64,000 nucleotides of DNA, from assembly GCA_965198945.1 (NCBI GenBank), contig CBDAQI010000013.1:62428-126427 (forward strand), in the 5' to 3' direction. The stretch's first letter is position 1. Every line of letters starts with the position of its first letter. Under the pieces are notes generated by a model. It saw only the letters and a list, made by a program, of their open reading frames with translations, had not been told where the DNA came from and made no database searches. The translations under genes were made by a program, and so were the position numbers. This DNA is from Thermodesulfobacteriota bacterium. Lineage in GTDB: Bacteria > Desulfobacterota_D > UBA1144 > Nemesobacterales > Mycalebacteriaceae. Positions 43,801 through 53,470 of the stretch are shown here, in pieces.

Positions 43801-45118
43801 TCCGGGATATTTCCGTGGAATTTTCTCCGGACAGTTCAAAAAGCTCTCTCACAACATCAACATAAGAGCTCTGTTCCGGCGATTGTGCGGCCTCCCCTTT
43901 CAGTTTTGTAACAGGACTGTGCAGGAATTTCCCCATAATGGACCTGGTGAGAGATTTTAACACTCTGTCCCTTTCTTCTTTGTCGCAGTTGCCCTGTTTT
44001 TCAAGAGCGTCAATTTTGGCGATTGCTTTCAGCGTTTCTTCGTTCACTATTTCGCCGGTCTTTTTTCTGAGTTCCACTATTAAAGGAAATGCCTTGAGAC
44101 CTTTCTGCCAGAAAACAAACCTTTCTGAGTCTTCTCTTATAATATTTTCCGCTTCGTAAAGACTTTTCCGCAAACTGACGCGATTTTTTTCAACGATGTT
44201 CTGGAGATCATCCATATCATAGAGAAAAACACCCTCTATATCACCAACTTTCGGGTCTATATCTCTTGGAAAGGCTATGTCAATAAGTGAGATTGGCTCA
44301 TTTTTTCTCAATTTCATGGCATCAAGCAGATCTTCCCGTTTGAGTATGTAGTCAGGTGAGCCTGTCGCCGAGATTACTATGTCGGTTTTTCTCATCCACA
44401 GCCCTATTTCCTCAAGAGTCAGGGTCTCCCCTCCCACTGAAAAGGCGAGTTGTGAAGCTTTTTTTCTGTTTTTCCCGGCAATTCTGATTTTCCCGGCTCC
44501 TCTTTTTGCCAGTTGGATCGCCGCTTCCTCCGAGGCCTCGCCGGTTCCCACAACCATCACGGAGCATTTCTCAATATCACCGAAAATATTTCTTGCAAGC
44601 TGAGCGGCAACCGAGCTCACCGAAACTGTGTGTGAACAGCCGCCCGTTTTGTTTTTTATCTTTTTTGTGGTGGAAAAAGCGCTCTGAAAAAGCTTGTTCA
44701 GTGTTATCCCCGCCGTGCGGTTTTGAAGAGCGGTTTCATATGCGCGTTTCAACTGGCCGAGTATTTGAGGCTCTCCGACCACCATAGAGTCCATTCCCGC
44801 GGCGACTCTGTGCAGATGGCGTATTGCTTCAACCCCTTCAAAAAAATAGAACTTGTTCCGAATGAAATCTCTTTGCACCTGTTCGTTAAGTTCACAAAGG
44901 AATTCAGATATGCCGCCAAAACATTCCTCACTGTTTTTGCAAGCCGCATATATCTCAATTCTGTTGCATGTGGATACCATGACGCATTCATTCACCGCTC
45001 GCTTCACTATCAGCGCACGTAAAACCTCCCCGGCGGTCATGTTTCCGAACGAAACTCTCTCCCGCTCCTCAATTGGAGATGTTTTATGGCTTATTCCGCA
45101 AACAACTACGGTTTCCAT
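43772..45118 (-). CDS. hemA: Glutamyl-tRNA reductase
   Basis: 448 aa. …CGISHKTSPIEERE… catalytic Cys region and NADPH Rossmann domain. Confidence 0.9.
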   Translation of the reverse strand: METVVVCGISHKTSPIEERERVSFGNMTAGEVLRALIVKRAVNECVMVSTCNRIEIYAACKNSEECFGGISEFLCELNEQVQRDFIRNKFYFFEGVEAIRHLHRVAAGMDSMVVGEPQILGQLKRAYETALQNRTAGITLNKLFQSAFSTTKKIKNKTGGCSHTVSVSSVAAQLARNIFGDIEKCSVMVVGTGEASEEAAIQLAKRGAGKIRIAGKNRKKASQLAFSVGGETLTLEEIGLWMRKTDIVISATGSPDYILKREDLLDAMKLRKNEPISLIDIAFPRDIDPKVGDIEGVFLYDMDDLQNIVEKNRVSLRKSLYEAENIIREDSERFVFWQKGLKAFPLIVELRKKTGEIVNEETLKAIAKIDALEKQGNCDKEERDRVLKSLTRSIMGKFLHSPVTKLKGEAAQSPEQSSYVDVVRELFELSGENSTEISRNENKNRKQG

Positions 45119-45135
45119 TGGTTCACAAGCCCCTC

Positions 45136-45690
45136 TTACAGGTCTTCCCCGATAAGACTTAAAAATTCCGTGCGCGACCTCTCGTCAGTTCTGAAAAGAC
45201 CGTTCATTGAACTTGTTATCATATTAGCCCTTGATTTCTGAACCCCGCGCATTGCCATGCAGAGATGGTATCCTTTTGCCACCACCGCCACACCTTTGGG
45301 ACGAAGAGACTCTTTAAGCAGGTTGGCAATTTGAACCGTCATTCTTTCCTGCACCTGAAGACGTCTTGAAAACACTTCAATAATGCGTGGTATCTTGCTT
45401 AAGCCAATAATTTTTCCATCAGGAATATATGCCACATGACATTTTCCGAAAAACGGCAGCATATGGTGCTCGCAAAGACTGTAAAACTCGGTGTCTTTGA
45501 CAAGGACCATCTCGTCATAGTCTATTTCATAGATCGCTTTTTGTGCTATTTTCACCGGATCCTGCCCGTAGCCCGCTGTTATTTCCCCGAGCATTTTCTC
45601 AATACGCTCAGGCGTTCCCTCAAGCCCTTCCCTTGAAGGATTTTCACCAATCTCCGTTAAGATGTCCGTTACGGCTTTTTTAATTTTCAT
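45136..45690 (-). CDS. folE: GTP cyclohydrolase I. Start at the internal Met, MKIKKAV.
   Basis: CEHHMLPFFGKCHVAYIP…, FolE zinc-binding motif. Confidence 0.9.
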   Translation of the reverse strand: MKIKKAVTDILTEIGENPSREGLEGTPERIEKMLGEITAGYGQDPVKIAQKAIYEIDYDEMVLVKDTEFYSLCEHHMLPFFGKCHVAYIPDGKIIGLSKIPRIIEVFSRRLQVQERMTVQIANLLKESLRPKGVAVVAKGYHLCMAMRGVQKSRANMITSSMNGLFRTDERSRTEFLSLIGEDL

Positions 45691-47254
45691 TTGTTCCCCT
45701 TGCTTTGAGATTTGGCTGTTCGCTCTTTTCAGTTCGTAGCTGCGAAATAAAGTGTTTCGCCCCCGGCTCAATTTTTGAAAGAAACGGTTTCGGATAAACT
45801 CCCATAAAGATTATAATTACGGACATTGGTAAAAGCACCGCCAATTCTCTGATATTTATATCAGACAGCGTTCCGTTTTCTTCTTTTTCAAGAGGGCCGA
45901 AAAACACGTTTTTGACCGCTTTCAGCATATAGAACGCTCCGAGCACTATTCCCGATGCGGCAAGAGCCGCGTAAAGAAGGTTTTCTTTGAATGCCCCGAG
46001 GAGGACAAGAAACTCTCCCACAAACCCGTTCAGTAGCGGAAGACCTATTGAAGCAAATGCGGAAAGAATAAAAAACGCTGAAAATATGGGCATTGAAGAT
46101 GATATTCCACCGAAATCTCTTATTTTTTTTGTGTGTCTTCTTTCGTAAATCATGCCCACCAGAATAAAAAGTGCGCTTGTTGAAATTCCGTGAGCGAGCA
46201 TGTGGAACATGCCTCCCTGGAGCCCCTGTATATTCATAAGAGTTATGCCGAGAGCAATGACCCCCATATGGCTGACACTTGAATAGGCGATAAGTTTTTT
46301 AAGATCCTTCTGAGCAAAAGCCACAATTGCTCCGTAGATAACACCAACGATTGCGGCGATTGACAGAACGGGCATAAAAGCGGCGGAAGCCTCAGGGAAA
46401 AAGGGAAAAAGAAATCTTAAAATCCCGTAGACGCCAAGCTTCAGCAGAATGCCCGCAAGTATAACACTGCCTGCGGTGGGCGCTTCAACATGAGCGTCCG
46501 GCAGCCATGTGTGCAAAGGCACAATGGGAACTTTTATCGCAAAAGCAAGAAGAAATGCCGCAAATAAAAGCCCCTGAGGGCTCGCCGGTCCGTTGAAAGA
46601 AGCGCTGACTTTCAACAAATCAGCAATCGCCATTGAGGCGTATCCGAACTGATTTATGTGTTCGGAGTAGAGATGGAAAATTGCGCCGAACATAAGCGCG
46701 CTTCCAAATGCCGTATATATAAAAAACTTTACCGCCGCATAAACACGCCTTTCAGTTCCCCAGACGCCTATTAGAAAATATAACGGGATAAGCGCGGCTT
46801 CCCAGAAAAGAAAGAAAAGAATCATATCCTCCGCGACAAGGGTTCCTATAATTGCGGTTTCTATTATCAGGACAAGGGAGAAAAACTCTTTTGACTTCCT
46901 TTTGGCGATGTTCCAGGAACTGAGAATAGCAAAAGGCATGATAAACGTTGTCAGTGTTACAAGGGTTATGCTGAGCCAATCAACCCCCACCCCGTAATTG
47001 ATTCCAAGTTCCGGCATCCAGTCTGCGGTCTGGCGGAACTGCATACCCACAACATTTTCCGGCTGAAAGTTGATGAAAAGCGGCACTGAAAACAGAAAAA
47101 CAACCGTGCTTAAAACAAAAGCGGCCAGTTTGAAAGTTTCATCCGAAAGCCTCAGAGCCAGGTTACAAAAAATAAGAAAGCAAATTCCCGCAAGTGGCAG
47201 AAATGTAACAAGAGTCAGGTTGCCCTCAAAAATGGTGTTGATAATATATGACAA
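45680..47254 (-). CDS. NuoM/ND4-like proton-pumping antiporter subunit (PF00361 family), orphan
   Basis: 524 aa with about 14 TM. Motif WLPDAHVEAPTAGSVILAGILLKLG typical of complex-I subunit M / MrpD. No other nuo or mrp genes adjacent. Confidence 0.75.
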   Translation of the reverse strand: MSYIINTIFEGNLTLVTFLPLAGICFLIFCNLALRLSDETFKLAAFVLSTVVFLFSVPLFINFQPENVVGMQFRQTADWMPELGINYGVGVDWLSITLVTLTTFIMPFAILSSWNIAKRKSKEFFSLVLIIETAIIGTLVAEDMILFFLFWEAALIPLYFLIGVWGTERRVYAAVKFFIYTAFGSALMFGAIFHLYSEHINQFGYASMAIADLLKVSASFNGPASPQGLLFAAFLLAFAIKVPIVPLHTWLPDAHVEAPTAGSVILAGILLKLGVYGILRFLFPFFPEASAAFMPVLSIAAIVGVIYGAIVAFAQKDLKKLIAYSSVSHMGVIALGITLMNIQGLQGGMFHMLAHGISTSALFILVGMIYERRHTKKIRDFGGISSSMPIFSAFFILSAFASIGLPLLNGFVGEFLVLLGAFKENLLYAALAASGIVLGAFYMLKAVKNVFFGPLEKEENGTLSDINIRELAVLLPMSVIIIFMGVYPKPFLSKIEPGAKHFISQLRTEKSEQPNLKARGTNEN

Positions 47255-47412
47255 AGGGTCTTCGCCGCCCGAGTGTTGTCTTCACAGCGATCGGTAAATA
47301 GTAATCCATATCTTGGATGTTGACAAATTACGGGTCAGAGCTGAAACGGGCTTCATATTTTTGCTCAGCCGGAGTCTTTTCTCTTTGAATCTTAGGAGCC
47401 GATTCATAATAA

Positions 47413-49056
47413 TTGTGTAGAAGTTCCATGGCGCCTTTTGACTACCAATCTCTTTGCAAATCCTGGAAGTGGTGTATTCCCCGCAATTTTAACATTGGAG
47501 CGGACTGTGCGGACAAATACGCCGCACATCCTGAATTTCGTAAACAAACCGCGCTTATCTGGGAAAGCGGCGACGGGTTTGTAAAAAACTACACATTTTC
47601 AGATGTCAGCAGGATAACAAACAAAATAGCAAACAGCTTTCTTGCCTCAAACATAAACCGCGGAGACAGAATAGTTGTGATGCTGGAAAATGTTCCCGAA
47701 TTTCCTTTTTCATTTCTTGCCGCCCTAAAAATCGGGGCAATTCCAATTCCGGCAAGCTCCATGCTTGTTGAAAATGAGATTTCATATATTCTGCGCGACA
47801 GCGGCGCAAAAGCCATTGTTACCTCTCCCGAACTCTACGGCCGGATTGATATGGTAAGAGACAGATGCCCGGGGTTGCAAACAGTTTTTATTACGGGAGG
47901 AAAAGCGCCTTCACACTGTGTTGATCTTGACGAACTTTTGCAAAAATCCTCTCCCGAACTTGAGCCGGAGAAAACTCTTGCCGAAGACATTGCATATCTC
48001 TGCTACACATCGGGAACAACCGGGGAACCGAAGGGGGTCGCCCACGCTCACAGATGCATTATCGGACGCGATCCGGCGGCGTTTTACTGGCTCGGTGTCG
48101 GGTCGCGCCCGGTTGTTTTTCATGCCGGAAAACTGAACTGGACATACACGCTCGGCGCAGGATGCCTTGACCCGTGGCGGCACGGGTGCGCCTGTGTTAT
48201 TTACGGGGGCGACTATGATCCGCTCAAGATGTTTGATGTTATCCGGAGGCACCGGGTTAATGTTTTTATGGCCGTTCCGACGGTTTACAGGCAAATGGTG
48301 AAAGCGGCGGCGGGCATGTCTTTTGACCTTTCAAGTATTTCCCATTGTCTGAGTGCGGGCGAGGGGTTGAGCGCTGAACTTTTTTCCGACTGTAAAGACG
48401 AGCTGGGAGTTTTGCTATACGACGGTCTCGGAATGAGCGAGTTCAGTTACTACATATCCAATATGATCGGGATGGAAATCAAACCCGGTTCACCGGGAAA
48501 GCCCCAGCCCGGCAGAAACTGTTTTCTAATAAACCCCGAAACCGGACAACTCGCCGCCAAAGGTGAACAGGGAGTTTTGGCGTCCGCTCCGGATGATCCG
48601 GGAATTATGCTCGGCTACCGGAACCGTCCGGATGAAACCCGGAAAATGTTTTCGCCAAAAGGAGATTTTGTCAGCGGAGACTATTTCAAAACCGATGATG
48701 ACGGCTACCTTCTGCCGCTCGGAAGAAAAGACGACATGATAAACAGTTTCGGTTACAGAATTTCGCCTTTTGAAATAGAAGCCTTTCTTTCAAAGCACCG
48801 AAAAGTGAGAGACTGTGCGGTTGCGGGAATTGACGCCGGAGAAGGCAAAGTCATAACAACCGCTTTTATAGTTGCCAAAGATGACATGCGACCACGGGAT
48901 TATTCTTTGAAGGAAGAATTGAACTGTTTTCTCAACCGGTCTCTTGCAAAATACAAGGTTCCGAAAGAGATAATTTTTACCGACTCAATACCGCGTACGA
49001 AAAACGGCAAAACACAACGCTCAGTTTTGCGCGAACAGTTTGGTAAACCAACCTGA
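47413..49056 (+). CDS. AMP-dependent synthetase/ligase (aryl- or acyl-CoA ligase)
   Basis: 547 aa. AMP-binding motif YTSGTTGEPKGV and the adenylate-forming enzyme fold. Confidence 0.8.
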   Translation: MCRSSMAPFDYQSLCKSWKWCIPRNFNIGADCADKYAAHPEFRKQTALIWESGDGFVKNYTFSDVSRITNKIANSFLASNINRGDRIVVMLENVPEFPFSFLAALKIGAIPIPASSMLVENEISYILRDSGAKAIVTSPELYGRIDMVRDRCPGLQTVFITGGKAPSHCVDLDELLQKSSPELEPEKTLAEDIAYLCYTSGTTGEPKGVAHAHRCIIGRDPAAFYWLGVGSRPVVFHAGKLNWTYTLGAGCLDPWRHGCACVIYGGDYDPLKMFDVIRRHRVNVFMAVPTVYRQMVKAAAGMSFDLSSISHCLSAGEGLSAELFSDCKDELGVLLYDGLGMSEFSYYISNMIGMEIKPGSPGKPQPGRNCFLINPETGQLAAKGEQGVLASAPDDPGIMLGYRNRPDETRKMFSPKGDFVSGDYFKTDDDGYLLPLGRKDDMINSFGYRISPFEIEAFLSKHRKVRDCAVAGIDAGEGKVITTAFIVAKDDMRPRDYSLKEELNCFLNRSLAKYKVPKEIIFTDSIPRTKNGKTQRSVLREQFGKPT

Positions 49057-49060
49057 AAAG

Positions 49061-50029
49061 TCAGCCCGAATATGCGGCGCAGGTGATTTTCATCACCTCA
49101 GTGTTGCTCTGTTTTCCAACGGCTCCCGGAACGATAATGGGAAGGTCCACTCCCGCCTCTCTGTGCTCTTCAAGCTTCTCACGGCATCGGGAGGCGGGTC
49201 CCACAAGTGCAACGGCATCAATCAACTCATCGGTGAAAACCTCGTGTGGTTTTTCTCCCGCCTGAATTTTCTCAACCACATCGCCGTGCCCTATGTTTTT
49301 TATAAGACGCTGGTAGAAGGGAAAACGAGCGTAGCCCGAAAGGCCCATTTTTGCGGACTTTATCGCATCCTCAAGGCTGTCTGAAACAAATGAGGGAATT
49401 CCGTTTGTAATTTCAATCTCGGACGGGCTTCTGCCCGCTTCTCGGGCGCCCTCTGCAACCCGTTCCTTTAACTGTTTAATATATTCCGGCGGTGACATAT
49501 AGGGCATAAGACCGTCCGCCGCTCTTCCCGCAAGACGCGCCGCGGAATTTGTCAATCCCGCTATGTGGATAGGAAACCGCGGAAGTTTGCGTTTGATTGT
49601 GAGAAGCTCCGAAGACCCGTCCAGTATGGGTTTGAGTTCCGAAATGTATCCTTCCATTGATTCCACCGGATTGCCCATTTCTATTCCGAATTTGTCATTA
49701 ACAGGTTTGTGACTCACTCCGAGACCGAGAATCATTCTTCCGCCTGAAACTTCCTGAACCGTAAGCGCTTCGGCGGCGCATATTAAGGGTCTGCGCATGA
49801 ATATGTTTGTTATCCATGTGCCGACCTTTATTTTTGATGTCGCTTCGGCAAAAACCTGCGCGTTGGAAATTGCGCTGTAGGGAGGAACCTCAGGGGAAAA
49901 AATGGCCTCAAAACCCGAATTTTCAGCTTCCCGCGCAAGCGCTCTCAAATCATCAACCCCACATCCCCAAACGGGTGAAATAGTTGCTATTCGTTTCATT
50001 CGTTTTCTCCTGAGATGTCCATTTGCCAT
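49061..50029 (-). CDS. LLM-class (luciferase-like) flavin/F420-dependent oxidoreductase
   Basis: TIM-barrel luciferase-like family resemblance. Likely start at MKRIATIS. Confidence 0.7.
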   Translation of the reverse strand: MANGHLRRKRMKRIATISPVWGCGVDDLRALAREAENSGFEAIFSPEVPPYSAISNAQVFAEATSKIKVGTWITNIFMRRPLICAAEALTVQEVSGGRMILGLGVSHKPVNDKFGIEMGNPVESMEGYISELKPILDGSSELLTIKRKLPRFPIHIAGLTNSAARLAGRAADGLMPYMSPPEYIKQLKERVAEGAREAGRSPSEIEITNGIPSFVSDSLEDAIKSAKMGLSGYARFPFYQRLIKNIGHGDVVEKIQAGEKPHEVFTDELIDAVALVGPASRCREKLEEHREAGVDLPIIVPGAVGKQSNTEVMKITCAAYSG

Positions 50030-50097
50030 CTTACAAAAAAGTGTTTTGTCCGATTTAGACTAACCCATTGGAGGGCAATTTGAAATCCGGACGGTTT

Positions 50098-50126
50098 TTG
50101 ACACCTCACACCTTTGGAATTATAAT
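50098..50126 (+). promoter_or_regulatory. Perfect-consensus sigma70 promoter: TTGACA, 17 nt, TATAAT
   Basis: TTGACA at 50098-50103, 17-nt spacer, TATAAT at 50121-50126. The predicted transcription start is about 4-6 nt before the ATG at 50137. Confidence 0.5.
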
Positions 50127-50136
50127 TAAATTCGAG

Positions 50137-50241
50137 ATGAAAAACCGAACGGGCGGAGAAATATACATAAGCGGAATTTTTGTGCTGGTGGCATTGATTC
50201 TCCTGATTGCTTCTCTGACCCATGTGTTTTTAAAACCTTGA
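50137..50241 (+). CDS. Candidate 34-aa hydrophobic small protein, MKNRTGGEIYISGIFVLVALILLIASLTHVFLKP (near-leaderless)
   Basis: Intact ATG...TGA ORF directly downstream of the consensus promoter. One predicted TM helix. Not in the ORF track because it is under 60 aa. Confidence 0.35.
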   Translation: MKNRTGGEIYISGIFVLVALILLIASLTHVFLKP

Positions 50242-50359
50242 TGTCTGAGAGAGGAAAAAATCAATAGGAACCATTTCTGTCTACGGCAGAAAATCCGGTC
50301 TTACCAGCAGAGAAATCAAGCTGGTTCTTAAAATCTATTCAAAATCTCTTGACCCGAAA

Positions 50360-51937
50360 ATGGTCATGACGCGGGAATTTGGAAATTCCCTCGTCCTTGT
50401 ATCCTCTGAAGTGAAGAGGCCGATTTCGGTTCTCCTTGACAAAAAAGGCAGGGTATCGGCCGTATTTGTCGGAGACTGCCGCAACATTGACATATCATCT
50501 TTTTTTACAAGACACCGCGATTCCGGTCGCGGAATCAGAAACTATCGTCTCATCGCAACCCACACTGACGGAAGCGGTCTTGCGGAGAATGAAAAATTCA
50601 CGCTTATAAATGAACGGCTTGAAATGGTTGGTGTTATCAAGATGTCAAAAAACGCCCCGTCGTGTTCCCCGGCCGGATTTGAACTTGCCTATCCGCTTTC
50701 GCCCGATGTTCCCGGAGGAGAAGAAAAATGGAAAACCGCTGAATTTCCGGATTACGGCAATGTGAACATTGATATTGAAAGCGCTCTTGAACCCGTGAAA
50801 AACCTCAGGGCGGTTGAGTCTTCACACGGGAGAGGAGACTATGTTTTCCTTGCGGGGGTCGAATGCGATTCACAACCCGAAGCTGAAGCTTCCGTGGAGG
50901 AACTGAAAAATCTTGTTGTTTCCACCGGTAAAAATGTTCTTTCGTCCCGTATTTATAGCATTAATAAAAAATCAAAAACCGCCGGAAAAACCGTTTTGGG
51001 AGAAAAAAAACTTGCCGACCTTCTCCTGCGTGCCAGACACGAGGGGGCGGGCGCAATAGTTTTTGACACTGAACTTGCGCCATCCGAGATTTCCGAGATA
51101 CAAAGCCGGACGGATATGAAAATTATTGACAGAACTCAACTCATACTTGAGATTTTTTCCTTGCGCGCATCTTCAAGTGAGGGGAAAATTCAGGTCAGGC
51201 TTGCCGAATTGAGATACGCTCTTCCCCGTATTTCCGGAAAGGGAATTCAGATGTCTCAACCGGGGGCCGGAATAGGGACGAGAGGACCGGGAGAAAAAGC
51301 GCTTGAAAAAGAGAGAAGACAGATCAGAAAGCGCATAAAGGATCTGGAACGACAGATAAGCGCAATATCGGGACGCAGAAAGAGAACCAGAAAAAATCGT
51401 ATGGGAGAAAGCACGGAAATGATTTCGCTTGTGGGATATACAAACGCGGGCAAATCCACGCTGTTTTCCGCACTTTCCGGTCAGCAAACCGAAATTGCGG
51501 ACAAGATGTTCTCAACTTTGGAAACGAAAACCCGCAGAATCCATTCTTCAGGCGACGGGGATCTATTGCTTACCGACACGGTGGGGTTTATAAGAGACCT
51601 TCCCCAAGACTTGAGGGCGGCTTTCAGGGCCACTTTGGAGGAACTTGGTGAAGCGGATTTGCTTCTGCATGTGGCAGACGCCAGCGATCCTATTGTGGCG
51701 GATAAAATAGACTCGGTTGAAAGTGTGATTGACTCAATGGGATTTGGCTCCGTAAGGCGGCTTCTGGTATTTAACAAAATTGAAAAAACTCCCGAATGGA
51801 AAAGAAAAAATCTTTCCATTCTGCATCCCGGCGCGGTTTTTGTTTCGGCGCTGTCACGGTTCAACCTCGGAGAAGTTGTTAAACGCGCAGAGATGCTTTT
51901 GAAATCCGATAAGCAAAACTATCCTCTTGCAATTTAA
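50360..51937 (+). CDS. hflX: GTPase HflX with an unusual ~160-aa N-terminal extension
   Basis: HflX N-domain (…DRTQLILEIFSLRA…GKIQVRLAELRYALPRI…) and G-domain (GYTNAGKST, DTVGF, NKID). The first ~160 residues are not explained by HflX. Confidence 0.85.
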   Translation: MVMTREFGNSLVLVSSEVKRPISVLLDKKGRVSAVFVGDCRNIDISSFFTRHRDSGRGIRNYRLIATHTDGSGLAENEKFTLINERLEMVGVIKMSKNAPSCSPAGFELAYPLSPDVPGGEEKWKTAEFPDYGNVNIDIESALEPVKNLRAVESSHGRGDYVFLAGVECDSQPEAEASVEELKNLVVSTGKNVLSSRIYSINKKSKTAGKTVLGEKKLADLLLRARHEGAGAIVFDTELAPSEISEIQSRTDMKIIDRTQLILEIFSLRASSSEGKIQVRLAELRYALPRISGKGIQMSQPGAGIGTRGPGEKALEKERRQIRKRIKDLERQISAISGRRKRTRKNRMGESTEMISLVGYTNAGKSTLFSALSGQQTEIADKMFSTLETKTRRIHSSGDGDLLLTDTVGFIRDLPQDLRAAFRATLEELGEADLLLHVADASDPIVADKIDSVESVIDSMGFGSVRRLLVFNKIEKTPEWKRKNLSILHPGAVFVSALSRFNLGEVVKRAEMLLKSDKQNYPLAI

Positions 51938-51949
51938 GGAAGTGGAAAA

Positions 51950-53074
51950 ATGATTTCATATAAAAGAATGGCGGATCATTTGATGAGTATTATCCGCATA
52001 GACAGTGAATCGCTTTTTGAAAGAGACGTTGCGCTTGTTCTGGAAAAGGAAATGAAAGAGGTTGGCGCCGAATGTCTTTATGATGACTGCGGAGAAGAAG
52101 TCGGCGGCAATACGGGAAATCTGATTGTTAAAATCAAGGGCAACACCGAAGCCCCGCCTTTTTTCCTTTCCGCTCATATGGATACGGTTGCTCCCGGCCG
52201 GGGCATTAAGCCCTTTATAAAAGACGGTGTTATGAGGAGCGACGGAACGACAATTCTCGGAAGCGATGACAAAAGCGGGGTTTCTATAATAGTTGAAATC
52301 ATACGCTCCCTCAAAGAGAACGACCTGCCGCACGGGGATATTGAGATCGCCTTTACAATATGCGAAGAGATCGGGCTTCTGGGCGCAAAATTCATTGACG
52401 GTTCTCTGTTTGAGTCTTCCGAAGGAATTGTGCTTGACAGCAGCACTCCCGACCGTCTGGTTTTGCGGTGCCCGGCTTCGGACCGTCTCGGTGTTCTAAT
52501 CAAAGGTGTTGAAGCGCATGCGGGGCTGTGTCCCGAGGATGGAATAAGCGCCGTGGAGATCGCGGCGGATGCGGTTGCAAAGATGAAACTTGGAAGAATA
52601 GATTCTGAAACAACCTCGAACATCGGAACAATATCTGGGGGGACAGCCATAAACATTGTTCCAGGAGAGGTGAAACTTCTTTGTGAAGCGAGAAGCCATA
52701 ATCAAGAAAAACTCACGGCTCAGATGGAACATATGAAAAAATGCTTTGAAGACGCTTCGGCGGACGCACGCGGAGGAGTTCCCGCCGTGGAATTTATCCA
52801 TGAAGCCATCTACCCTTTGATGAATGTCTCTCCGTCTTCAAGAATGGCAAAAAGTGTTGAGCTGAATGCCCGCCGCAGGGGAAATCCGCTGGTTTTTCAT
52901 ACGAGCGGCGGCGGTTGCGATGCCAACTATTTCAACCGTAAGGGGATAGAGTGCGTAAATCTCGGCACGGGCATGTACGATCTGCACACGGTAAACGAGC
53001 ATCTTATTGTTGAGGAATTCAACAGGTGCGCCGATATTGTTATGAAAACCATTTTGCAAAATGCCGGACACTAA
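51950..53074 (+). CDS. M20-family metallopeptidase (peptidase T-like)
   Basis: 374 aa. HMDTV and GSDDKSG metal-binding motifs. Confidence 0.8.
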   Translation: MISYKRMADHLMSIIRIDSESLFERDVALVLEKEMKEVGAECLYDDCGEEVGGNTGNLIVKIKGNTEAPPFFLSAHMDTVAPGRGIKPFIKDGVMRSDGTTILGSDDKSGVSIIVEIIRSLKENDLPHGDIEIAFTICEEIGLLGAKFIDGSLFESSEGIVLDSSTPDRLVLRCPASDRLGVLIKGVEAHAGLCPEDGISAVEIAADAVAKMKLGRIDSETTSNIGTISGGTAINIVPGEVKLLCEARSHNQEKLTAQMEHMKKCFEDASADARGGVPAVEFIHEAIYPLMNVSPSSRMAKSVELNARRRGNPLVFHTSGGGCDANYFNRKGIECVNLGTGMYDLHTVNEHLIVEEFNRCADIVMKTILQNAGH

Positions 53075-53456
53075 AACTAAAAAAGCTCTCATAATTGTTG
53101 ACCACGGAAGCACGGTTGAAGAAGCAAATCTTCTGCTTGCGGATGTCGCCCGAAAAATCAGGGAACGGCGGCCGGATTTTGATATTGTTGAGCACTGTCA
53201 TATGGAAATTGTCCCTCCCACGATGGATGAAGCTTTTGAAAAATGCGTAAGCCGGGGGGCCGGAGAAGTGATTGTCCACCCCTATTTTCTCACCCCGGGC
53301 AGGCATTCGGGTTTTGACATACCGTCAATGGCCGTGAAGGCGGCGAAGAAATTTCCGGGATTGAAGTGCGACGTTACCGAGCCGCTCGGACTTCATGAAA
53401 AAATAGTTGATGTTGTTCTGGAAAGAGCCTCAGAACTGCGCGAAAAGCAAAGATAA
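53061..53456 (+). CDS. cbiX: Sirohydrochlorin chelatase, small form (CbiX-S)
   Basis: 131 aa single-domain CbiX (…LIIVDHGS…, conserved His). Confidence 0.7.
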   Translation: MPDTKTKKALIIVDHGSTVEEANLLLADVARKIRERRPDFDIVEHCHMEIVPPTMDEAFEKCVSRGAGEVIVHPYFLTPGRHSGFDIPSMAVKAAKKFPGLKCDVTEPLGLHEKIVDVVLERASELREKQR

Positions 53457-53470
53457 GTTAGACTGCCCCG

